Shown piece by piece: positions 52,387 through 64,000 of a DNA stretch of 64,000 nucleotides; within the stretch, counting starts at the first letter, position 1; the number at the start of each line of letters is the position of its first letter. The position numbers were made by a program, and so were the translations under genes. Source of the stretch: Octopus sinensis (lineage: Eukaryota). The notes under the pieces are model-generated. The model saw only the letters and a list, made by a program, of their open reading frames with translations, was not told the origin of the DNA and did not search any database. The stretch lies in the NCBI RefSeq assembly GCF_006345805.1, contig NC_043006.1, positions 5,332,001 through 5,396,000 on the forward strand. The letters run 5' to 3'.

Positions 52387-52430
<44 letters not shown>

Positions 52431-52985
52431 TAAGTGAGATTGCAGCGCATGCCATCAGAGTGACACTAGGATACAACTATACAAGCATCCCCATCAACAT
52501 ATGTCTATGAATGTCCCCCCACGACTCATGCTCGTGGTCAGAGATGCACATATCGTCAGCCACTATTGGATATGCTCAACTGTTTAAGGTCATGCAACTG
52601 ACAAGCAAATCTGCGATATTGAATAGAATGTTTGCTGTGGCCCATCTTTCGCACCAAGACGAAACGTGTACATGTTTGCACTTCCAATCAGTTAAGATCA
52701 GAATCCATGAGTCACACTGTTATTATTACGAAGGCGGCGAGCTGGAAATATCGTTAGCATACCGAGTGAAATGCTTGACGGCATTTCGTTTGTCTTTACG
52801 ACTGGGATCAATTAATTGGGAGCCCATAAAAGAAGGACCAGTTGTACTATGAGTTCGATTTAACCGATTGGGCTCCTCCTCCAAAATCTGCTGACCTTGT
52901 GTCAAAATTTGAAACCATCTTAATTATAAATCTTTTTTTAACTGGCGGTGCCCCAGTATGACCGCAGGCTCAAGGCTGAAACATA

Positions 52986-53274
52986 TCTTTATATATAAAA
53001 GTCAAGTTGTGTGTCTGTCTCCTACGATTTAGATTCCTAACTACTCTCACATTTTGCGGTGCAGTTTAACCAAAACCGGGTATCTTATAGTCGTGATTCA
53101 TATTCTGGGTATTAGCGCGCGTCTACGATGAGGCTACGATTTAAAAAAAATTTACCATAACTTTTTTCCATTTTAATGCATTTTTTTGCTATTATATAAG
53201 GGAAGTAACTCTCTAAAAATGCTTATATAGTTATTTCCCTTACAAACCCGAGCAACGCCGGGCGATACTGCTAG
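52986..53274 (+). mobile_element. Complete non-autonomous Helitron; a 3'-truncated second copy is at 58800-59055 (minus)
   Basis: 5' TC, subterminal hairpin cccg-agcaacgc-cggg, 3' CTAG, inserted between A52985 and T53275 with no TSD. Confidence 0.85.
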
Positions 53275-53846
53275 TAAAAGAATAAAAGAATACATGTAGG
53301 CGCGCTATAGCCGAATGGTTAAGAAACTCGCAACGCAATGGTGAGGATCCCGTTTCGATGCCACGCTGTAGCATCTTGGCAAATTATATTTCCGGTGATT
53401 TTGACCCATATCGTGCATGTAAAATTGGTTTGATGGAGACCGTAAGGAATCGCGTCGGTTGGGTTGCACATGTAATTCAAAGTTTCGTTCTGTCTTCTAT
53501 AATATCTCTGTTATTCTGTCTGACAATTCCATAAAGAGAACACCTGTCTGTGGAATACTCACTCAATTACAGGTAATTCCGTTGATCGAACAACATGTTC
53601 GAAAAGTCTGGTCGATATTCATTTATCATTTCATATATAGATATACAAATGCTTATATAAACGTGTGTATTGTACGAATATGTATATATATATATATACA
53701 TATTCGTACAATACACACGTTATTATATATATACAAACATGTGCGAGCGCACGCACACACACACACATATATACATACATTTATATATATATATATATAC
53801 GTATGCATACATACATACATATATATACATGTACGCAGATACACTT

Positions 53847-53912
<66 letters not shown>

Positions 53913-53922
53913 GACATATATA

Positions 53923-53955
<33 letters not shown>

Positions 53956-54246
53956 GTGGAGGCAAATGACCTAGTGGTTAGCGTAGCGGACTCGTGGTCG
54001 AGGGAGCGCAATTCGAATCTTAGACCGGGCGATGTGTGTTTTTATGATCGAAACATCTAAGCTCCACACAGCTCCGCAGAAGCTAAAGGCGAACTTATGG
54101 TGACTTTTTTACCAACTTTCCTCCTGCAACTAGCAGCTCACCAGCGACGGACCAGTGTCCCGTCCAGGTGGGGAACCTATACAACAATGAAACCGGGAAA
54201 CCGGCTCTTATGAGCCAGGCATGGCTCGGGAAGGAGCAAACAACAG
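53956..54246 (+). mobile_element. tRNA-derived SINE with an H1-like head and a different, V-domain-like body and tail
   Basis: Head resembles 36166. Body ccagcgacggaccagtgtcccgtccagg resembles the V-SINE motif (recalled). Confidence 0.6.
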
Positions 54247-54313
54247 CATATATAAATGTGAAACAAAGTGGAAAAAAAAAACAGTACTCGAAAACCGGAG
54301 GTAGAGTAATATG

Positions 54314-54484
54314 CTTTATTAATAAAGCTGCAAAGACATCTCAAAAAACTGTTACTCAGAGTTTCACGTTTCCGATCGTCGAACAGTTTTGGCTTTGGAT
54401 TGTAAACCAAAACTGCCCGACGAACGGGAACGTGAAACTGTGAGCAACAGCATTTGTGATGACTTTGGAACTTTATTAATAAAG
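54314..54484. repeat. Imperfect ~79-bp inverted repeat of a PLE-type terminus with hammerhead-like arms
   Basis: Arms 54314-54392 and 54407-54484, about 80% identical. Same family as 59660-59818. Confidence 0.8.
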
Positions 54485-54625
54485 TATATATATATATATA
54501 TATATATCTATATATATATAATTCAAATTTACAGAAAACAAAAGACGAAGACAAGTGTAGGAACAACAACCAGGTGAATTAGTTTAACGTCTGGGAAGAA
54601 AGGAAAATTTATAAATCTATATATA

Positions 54626-54692
<67 letters not shown>

Positions 54693-54713
54693 TATATATA
54701 TATATTTATATCC

Positions 54714-54745
<32 letters not shown>

Positions 54746-54782
54746 GTCTTTCTATCTATCTATCTATCTATATATCTATCTA

Positions 54783-54854
<72 letters not shown>

Positions 54855-55389
54855 TATATAAGTAGTAGAGGATGTGAATTCAGAGAATGGTACGGTTATC
54901 GCATAAAGCTTCTCTCAAAAATTCGTCCATCGGAAGTCATGCGGTTTAAATAATATTCACCTCTCACCTTATGATTGTGTATATATATATATATATAAAT
55001 ATATCTATACATGAGGCTAATCTTTTTAAGGTTTTATTAATGAGTAGAAAATCCCAAACGCTAACATTTAGGAGTTTCCATTTTTATTCAGCAACAAACG
55101 TTTACATCATCATCAGTGTATTGGGGCAATAATTTCCTGTAATTATTTTAATATTCTAAATTTTAGCAGGATGTATGAACGTTTAAGAATTCTGCATTCA
55201 TGAAGTAAAAAGAGACTATAATGTTCGTATCCATGTAGTACCGCGTTAGATCTCAATGCATGTTACCTTGTCCGAGTGCCTTCTCCCATTATTTGAACCT
55301 CTCATAAATTGTGAGTGGAAACTAGGCCGATTTATGAGGACGCTCGCTTCATATATATATATATATATATATAATATATATATATATAA

Positions 55390-56015
55390 TTTAGATATGT
55401 TTCGACCAAAGATTGGGCCAGGTCATATCTAACTTAATAGCACGACCTGATAGGGTTTGCTAAATCTTTTTTTTTAATCTAGTTTTGTGGTATCATGGTC
55501 CATTCTAGTAGGGAGTTCTTGTTGAGTGAACTGTAGCCAGGTATGAGTGGCCTATCTGGTATCCCTTAAAGAAATTTGTTCAGATTCTGTTTAAAGGTGA
55601 TAGGACCTTTTTCCTTTTCGATTTGTTTTGGAACAATTTTACCCTATGGCAGGGCCTGTTGAGGAAAAGAAATTGGATTGCAGTGTATTTATGTGTTCTG
55701 GTCCTGAATTGGCCCGCGATCCCGGCCTTGGATGAATTCTGAAACTAATGTTGAGGAGGTTTGGGCATGGTTAGTGGTATATTCTCCACATTGTGCAAAT
55801 GATATATCGCCCACGGCGGCGCTCGAAAGAACAGAGTGTCAATGCTTTAAGGCGGTCCCGGTAATCGAGATCACTCATGCCCTTAGTTGTTTTAGTGAAT
55901 GCCCTCTGCGGTGATTCAGTTTTCGAAATGTTTTGTCTCGTGTGGGGAGACCACATGGGACAGCAGTATTCGAGGTGTAGCCGGTACAAAGGAGGAGAAA
56001 AAGAGGAATGATATA
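55390..56015 (-). mobile_element. CR1-group LINE 3' fragment
   Basis: RLHLEYCCPMWSPHTRQNISKTESPQRAFTK...RLKALTLCSFERRRGRY. Confidence 0.85.
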
Positions 56016-56653
56016 TATATATATATATATACACACGCACATGAACATACATACGCACGTACGTACGTATACACACACATACATATATGCGCATATATAT
56101 TATAGGCAAGAGCGACAAATGGTAAAGAATTGATACAAGCAGATTAGATTTCGCACTAGACCACATCTTAAAAATCCAAGGTCAAATGGTGGGAGACGAA
56201 AGAGAACCAAACTAGAATTGGTTATAAGAAACACATCGATCGAGTTAATGAGAATAAAGTAAACGATGGAAAACCAATTATGTGAGGCATCGAGGCAATT
56301 ATAAATAATTTATACAAATACGTATGGAAGGATAATTCAGCAGAAAACAGGAAAATAGCCAAAGTGGTCCTTCACGAATAGATAGATATCCAATGAATTC
56401 ACGATCGTCATTTACAGCTGTTTGAGGGATTCGGTGATAAAAGTTGCAATGAAGTGAATTTTGCTTACATATCACGTATTTCCTTCTCCCATATCCATGA
56501 TTATCGAGTAAGAAATATTTTGTTATTTACCTATTTTCGAAGGACTTCGCTGGACTACCTGCCTGCTTTCTGATTAACTACGTTTCTTTACATATTTGTG
56601 TAAATTATTTCTAAATGCTTTGACACCATAATAACTCCTAGACTACCGCTGAT

Positions 56654-56687
<34 letters not shown>

Positions 56688-56761
56688 TGTATGTATGTAT
56701 GTATGTATGTATGTATATATTATATATATATATATATTATAATATAATATATTATATATAT

Positions 56762-56798
<37 letters not shown>

Positions 56799-56902
56799 AA
56801 TAATGAGGGAGATAAATTAATATTAATTTTAATATCAATTTAAAACCAGTAGTCCAGCATACAAAAAATCTGAGAAGTCAGAGAAAATTCTAATATATGT
56901 GT

Positions 56903-57395
56903 ATATTGGCGGGGCTTACTGCTAGGAAGTCGGCCGTATGCTAGAAACAGATCATCAACGATCAAACTAGAAGGAAATTCTCTAGAGGAAAAATTCAGCG
57001 AACACCAGAACCAAATTTGGCGGGCAGGACAGATGAAAATTTATATAAAAAACAGAATTAAATGCATACCTCGGTTTCGGCCTTTAACAAAAGAATTACT
57101 TACGTAATTCAAATGTCCGTGCTTCTTCAGTGCATTCGTTCATTGCAAATGTAAACTGAAAAACTAACCCCAGCTTTCCGTGCCAGGACAGACACGTGCT
57201 TAGTTTTACCGATTACACTAGGGATAAAATTTCAAATGTCTTGGTTCTGGCGCGCTAAAAAATTCCTGAGGCGAAGGGCTGCAGTAAATAATTCACTGCG
57301 GTTGGTGCTTACTACTAGAGAATTTCCTTGTAGTTTGATCGTTGATGATCTGTTTCTAGCATACGGCCGACTTCCTAGCAGTAAGCCCTGCCAAT

Positions 57396-57397
<2 letters not shown>
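56903..57397. repeat. Foldback element with 83-bp arms (56903-56985 and 57315-57397)
   Basis: About 2 mismatches between the arms. The spacer holds a hammerhead fold. Confidence 0.88.
57061..57136 (-). ncRNA. Type-I hammerhead ribozyme with a canonical core
   Basis: aatgca-CTGAAGA-agc...gaattac GTAA gtaattc...ggcc-GAAA-CC GA GG-TA^tgcatt. Stem I 6 bp; A-C mismatch at the base of stem II. Confidence 0.65.
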
Positions 57398-57463
<66 letters not shown>

Positions 57464-57469
57464 ATGTTA

Positions 57470-58020
57470 AGTTTTTTTTCAAGATTTCTTGCTTGCCAAT
57501 AGAGGAAGCGCCGATTTCTAACCTAGATTCAAAGCTCTTTCATTGGACTGTCAACATCAACAACAAAGTAGATTTGTGTTTTGCTTTATGTATACATTCT
57601 CATGCATATAGTCGCATATCTAGAAATGTTAATATATATTTAAATGATAAACTTCTGGAAAGTTTTACAGATTTTTACAGTTCCAGTGATGGATTCGATC
57701 TGTAGTCTTCCAATTTGCTTTCTCCGTTCTGATTTTGAGAAGCCTAATTTTTCAAGATTCGTATTTAGGCAGTGTATTAAATATCTCAGAACCCCAATAA
57801 TTACAGGTATAAACCTGAACTTGTAATCTGGATAGAGTATCTACGGATTTATCAATAGCTAAGCGTTGGTGTTCTCTTTTTCACTGATCTTTGGCTTCAT
57901 GTTAACATCCGCTAATTTCCACAACTGTGCACAGTTTCTCTTCTCTATCCCAAATCATTATAACAGGTCTGTTGTGCTTACATTTTATTGAGGTCTTCAC
58001 TGGGACATTCCATCAGTACC
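57470..58020 (-). mobile_element. R4/Dong-clade 3' fragment, same family as 15590-16110
   Basis: Long nucleotide match to 15590-16110. Confidence 0.8.
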
Positions 58021-59200
58021 TCTTTAAGTAAATTAGTATTAAACATATCCGAATAATATATGTTGGAATAAAGTATACACTCCAAGTATACATCCAGGCT
58101 ATAAATATGTGCATATATAATTATTTTTATGTAAGACTCCAACTTCCTACGAAGACTAAACGCTTATTGAAGAATTATCTTCTCCTTGCTTCATGATTCC
58201 TCCAAGAGTATACGAAGCACATAAAGCGGACATAAAGCTTACTTACCAACGTGCTAATACCTTCAGTCTCTTATTACCATTTCTCTATGATTCAAGTATA
58301 CTAATTTCTTTCAGATTTCTCGGAATCTTACCACAAAATAGCCAATTCCGTCACTTTCAATTCGCAAATATGAAACAGATTTTTAAAAAATCCCTTTTGA
58401 TCCATTCTCATAAAATTAAACCAAACTACGTTTCGAACACTTTTAGAATGACTAAAATGTCACTATATACCTGTAAAAGTATGTTGAAAAGGTTCATTTT
58501 CACTATTGCAATATACATGTATCAACATAAATTCATGAAACTTTTCGTCTAGTAAGTCAAATCCAAAGTGATTGAAAATTATAACCAAAGAATTGTTGTC
58601 AAGCAACTCAGTAGCATTATTTAAAATTTCAGGTTCAATGTAAATACACACCATTAAATTTTTTTATGACACTCAGAAGAAATTCTCAGGAATTAGTAAT
58701 TAATATTTCAAGGTGAAAGGCGGCGAGTTGGCAGAATCGTTAGCACGCCGGGCGAAATGCTTAGCGGTATTTTACTGTAGCTTTTTACGTTCTGAGATTT
58801 AATAATAAATTTTTAGAGGGTTACTTCCCTTATATATGCCAAAAATGCATTAAAAATGGGAAAAAATGATGGTAATTTCTTTTTTAAATCGTAGACTCAT
58901 CGTAGACGCGCGCTAATACCCAGAATGGCTCGATATGAATCACGACTATAAGATACCCGCTTTTGGTTAAACTGCACCGCAAAATGTTGGAGTAGTTAGG
59001 AATCTAAATCGTAGGAGACAGACAGCACACAACCTCACTTTTATATATAAAGATTAATCTCTATTTTAAACAATTGATTCGGAAGACAGAGTGCAACCAG
59101 AAGCTTGACCAAATGTGTTTGAACTGTTACGACCCCACCATCAGCTTATACTCAGGAGCGATGATGAAATGTAAGTCTGGTAACATTTGAAGCATGTTAC

Positions 59201-59305
59201 GTCACCTGATGAGGCTCTTTTATACTGTGTGTTGCACCTGATGTCATTACATCGTCTTACGTCTACTAGGGAGCAGTGCAGAATGAAGCCGAAACGATTG
59301 TTGTG
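59201..59305 (+). ncRNA. Type-I hammerhead ribozyme with a canonical core
   Basis: cac-CTGATGA-GGCT...AGCC-GAAA-CGATTG-TT^gtg. Stem III ACGAUUGU is one change from the palindrome ACGAUCGU. Confidence 0.65.
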
Positions 59306-59559
59306 CGAATGAAGCTTCTAGTTACACTCCGTTTTCCGTATCAATCATTTAAAATATACCCTACGTCCACCTCGGAATTCTTGACCAAAGATCCAAAGGC
59401 GAACGCATAGTAACGCTAATGACGCTTGCTAACCATAATTGGTGTGCATGCTCTGCAAGCACACTACCGGGGACTTAAACTGAAGCAAGGTTTGGATACT
59501 CCATTTAATGTCTCCTTTCAAAGCCTGAATTCTTTAATTTAAATTTAACTTATATTTAT

Positions 59560-59818
<259 letters not shown>

Positions 59819-59907
59819 TATATATATACGCAACCACACACATACACACATGCAAGCACGCACGCATACACACAGAGATAGATATGTATATCCATATGTT
59901 AGTATGG

Positions 59908-60008
<101 letters not shown>

Positions 60009-60319
60009 TGTGTGTGTATGTGTGAGTGAGTGATTGAGTGAGTCATGGATAAAAATACTTTGCAACATTTGTTCCGGCTCTTTACGTTTTGAGTTTATAT
60101 CCTGCCGAGGTCAGCTTTGATTTTCATAACTTTCTGGGTTGATAAAGTAAAGTACCTCTACTGTATTGCGGCCGATAGTTTTGAGTAGACTCATCTTCAC
60201 GAAACTCCTGGCTCTGTGCTTAAATCAGAAACAATTATAGTTACATTATTGCACATCCAAACTCACAAGTACATATGCACCTATAAATTATTTTCATACA
60301 CACACACACAAACACGTGC

Positions 60320-60365
<46 letters not shown>

Positions 60366-60368
<3 letters not shown>

Positions 60369-60661
60369 CGTGATCACCGTGACCGACCAGGCTATCAGAT
60401 GTTGCTAAACATCGCTGGTCACAATGCGCTTCGCATTGTTTTTTAGCCTTCAAAGGACGCCACCCCGCTGGCTAAGCGAGCAGGCCAACAGAAGAAAGAG
60501 TGAGAGAAAGTTGTGGCGAAAGAGTACAGCAGGGACCGCCATCACCCCCTGCCGGAGCCTCGGGGAGCTTGAGGCGTTTTCGCTCAATAAACACTCACAA
60601 CGCCTAGTCTGGGAATCGAAGCCGCGAGTCCGCTGCCCTAACCACTGGGCCATTGCGCCTC

Positions 60662-60664
<3 letters not shown>
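60366..60664 (-). mobile_element. tRNA-derived SINE (head H1 + tail T2)
   Basis: Head as at 36166. The tail also appears as fragments at 4868-4930 and 5970-6088. Confidence 0.85.
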
Positions 60665-60704
<40 letters not shown>

Positions 60705-62085
60705 GGATACATACATACATACATACATACATACATACATACATACATACATACATACATACATACATGCATGTGTGTATCTGTGCGCGCGCCTGTGTGT
60801 GAATGTATGTATGCGTGTCAAGTGACGTGGCGAAATATTATTGCAATAAGTCCCATGTTATTATACATTCAGAATTATTAAGAACTTTGTTGTGACACGT
60901 TAAAATATAGAAACACGGCTTTTATGAATTAAGAGAATTTTCACTCGACAACTATTGGGTCCAGTAATTTTTCAGACATTTTGCGTTAAATCCTGAGATA
61001 AACACTGTATATATATATATGTGGTGTGTATATATATTTCTTATAGACATATAGGCGCAGGCATGGCTGTGTGATAAGAAGCAAGCTTCTCAACCACATT
61101 GTTCCGGATTCAGTCCCACGGTGTGTCATCTTGGGCAAGTTGTACCAAAATACCAGCTTGCTCGAAATAGGAGTCAACACTCCAAAGCCACAAATTTCTC
61201 ACTATTAAGAAGCACGCATGGTGAATGCAACGAATATAATAACAATAGGGTTTACCTTTGCATAAGCCACAAAAGAAATAACAGATATCTTGGAATTTAA
61301 TTGTATATTTGCTAAATTTAGGTTATATATGTTGGCCACTTTATTATTATTGCAATTTTTAATAAGGTGAGAGAGTTGGTATGTGAAAGCACGTGGTTGG
61401 ATGTATATAAAATAAAAAATAAGAAAAGCGTGAAAAAACTACAGACGGCTTGTGTTATAAGGTTAAAGAATATATTTAAGTCGTTATGTTAGAAAAATGT
61501 TATAATATTTTGCGTATAGTAACATAGTTTTTGGAGAAATAGCCGGTTTCGTATTTTTTTTTCAAAATTTTTCAAATTTCTTTACCTACATCGAGTCATG
61601 TCTTCACTATGTTGTGAAATACGGAGGTGTATATAATATATATATATATAATATATATATATATTATATATATATATACATGTGTGTGTGCGTGTGTTTT
61701 ACCCTGTCACCGTTTGACAGCCAGTGTTGGTGTGTTTACGTCCCTATAACTTAGCAGTTATAGTAAGTACTAGGCTTAAATAATAAGTCCTGGGGTCGAT
61801 TTGCTCAACTAAAAGCCTTCAAGGTAGTGCTCCGGCATGGCTGCAGCCAAAACGACTCCTTTGCATCCTGCATCTTAGTTCTCAAAAATCCCTAATTGCC
61901 TTTTTTTTTACTTTTCTTCTTTGTTGTAGAACTTGCATAAAAATAAAATGAAAAGGAGAAATGATAAAAGTAATAAGCAAACAAAAGTTTAGAATGTTTC
62001 CAAGCTTATTAGGGATCTTATTATATTTTATTATATTCAGTAAAAACGACAGCATGTTCATAGAACAAATGCGGCATGAGAATCG

Positions 62086-62148
<63 letters not shown>

Positions 62149-62149
62149 A

Positions 62150-62486
62150 AGGGTAAAGACCCCCTCGGTCATGAGTGACCATGGGTTTGCACCCAGAGAG
62201 TTACCCTCTGAGGCACAAGTCTGGGCAAGGTTGTTTTATGGAAGACCAGTAGTCGCCCATGCATACCGGCCTCCCCTCTACACCCACCAGTGTTATCCAA
62301 GGGAAGACAAAGGTCGATACAGCTTGGCACCTGTGACGTCGCAACTCATTTCTACAGCTGAGTGAACTGAGCAACGTGGAATAAAGTGTCTTGCTCAAGA
62401 ACACAACACGCAGCCCGGTCCGGATTCGAGCTCACAACCTCACGATCGTAAGCTCGACGCTCTAACCACTGAGCCATGCGCCTTCA
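62150..62486 (-). mobile_element. tRNA-derived SINE (head H2 + tail T3)
   Basis: Head as at 4446-4759; unrelated tail ending gggggtctttacccttt. Confidence 0.8.
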
Positions 62487-62499
62487 TATATATATATAG

Positions 62500-62594
<95 letters not shown>

Positions 62595-62636
62595 TATATC
62601 TATATATATATATAGATTATACATATATAATATATA

Positions 62637-62736
<100 letters not shown>

Positions 62737-63534
62737 ATATATATATATATATAGATATACATATATATGTGTGTGTGTGTATGTATATATGCATATATAT
62801 ATATATATATACACGACGGACTTTATTCAGTTCCGTCTACCAAATCCACTCTCAAGAGTTGGTCAGTATGAAGCTATAGTAGAAAAGATACTTGCCGAAG
62901 GTATCACACAGAGGGTCTAAGCGCGATACCATGTGGTCGGGAGGCAATCTTCAACCACAATTGCGCATATATATACACACACACACACATACATGCATAT
63001 ATATTACACGCACACGCATACACCCACCCACATACACGTACACATATGCACACACGCAGGCATGCGTATGCATACACACACACACACACATATATATATA
63101 TATTATATATGCTATTATTTGTTTCAGTAATAACCGATACGAAATGATAATTAAAGTCGTTCATGGTACACAATGCAAAACAGCATTTCTCTTCTTTTTG
63201 TCTTTCAACTTTTCGCCTCGATCAAATAGGTACCCCTTGAATAGTGTGGGGGGGGGGGGCTAATATATCCCCTCCCCTAAAATTTTTGATTTTGCTTCAA
63301 AATTTGAAACCATTTTTAAAAATATTAAGCAAACTAATTGATTACCACGTCATTCTAAAAATGATATTTCAGTGCAGAAACATAAATAAACTTTGATGTT
63401 CGACAGAGCACTACATTCATTGCATGGACGCATACATACATACATAGTGAGATAGATAGGTATAGATTTATATATACACGCATAATATATATGTCATATA
63501 TGTATACATCTGCATATATTTGTGCATATACATG

Positions 63535-63596
<62 letters not shown>

Positions 63597-64000
63597 AATA
63601 TATACATAACTATATCTGTCTATATAAATGTACATACACATATAAATATGCACTTATATATATATGTATATATATAGTGTATACATATATGTATATATAT
63701 ACGTATATATGTATGTATGCATGTTTATATATATATATGTGTGTGTGTATGTATATGTATATATATATATACAGATAAGAGGAAAAAATCTATCAGAAAG
63801 GAACTCTATCTCTCTTAAAAAAACATCTTTTGATAAGCATAACAAATGCGTAACCGGTAAAAAGAACTTCACCTAATTAAATTACTTAAATTACTTAAAT
63901 TATTTTGTCAGCATTTTCTTCATTTCCTTTTTATATATATATATATATATATAAACTTTTATTGGTTGGAATAAAATACTTGTAATTAGAACATATTTTG

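Noticed and set aside
52795-52852. RLGSINWE resembling the Fer2 C-terminal WINW motif
   Set aside because: It is fused to SINE sequence, has no splice acceptor and lacks the conserved residues. Probably chance.
55095-55125. aca-CTGATGA...AAACGTT-TGT hammerhead-like remnant (minus)
   Set aside because: Stem II and G12 are missing, so it cannot fold as a ribozyme.
55235-55300. Candidate exon 2 ag|ATCTCAATGCA (DLNA...)
   Set aside because: No polypyrimidine tract and no RLSW continuation.

Overview
This is AT-rich, microsatellite-dense eukaryotic DNA, most likely from an octopus. That assignment is inferred from recalled resemblance to octopus tRNA-derived SINEs and was not checked against a database. 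One host gene is supported: exon 1 of a Fer2/HLH-13-type (PTF1a-related) bHLH transcription factor at 44980-46974 (+). It is split by an apparent 1-nt deletion near 45741 and ends at a phase-1 GT donor. I could not find exon 2 in the window, so the intron probably exceeds 17 kb. The rest is mostly mobile-element debris: RTE, R4/Dong, CR1-group and Penelope-like (PLE) retroelements, a Gypsy integrase with LTR, mariner/maT transposons, Helitrons and several SINE families. Four signals stand out. (1) At least nine loci carry type-I hammerhead-ribozyme-like folds from unrelated repeat families, most with palindromic stem III and several inside foldback structures. Some lie on the sense strand of the presumed Fer2 intron, and one sits in a ~425-nt multi-hairpin cassette resembling a retrozyme. 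(2) SINE dimers and trimers share a fixed internal junction and are enclosed by a single target-site duplication. (3) A LINE/SINE 3' stem-loop shows compensatory changes between families. (4) A tRNA-like cloverleaf is enclosed by long inverted arms. All RNA folds and alignments were done by eye, and repeat boundaries are approximate (about +/-10-30 nt) unless a TSD is quoted.
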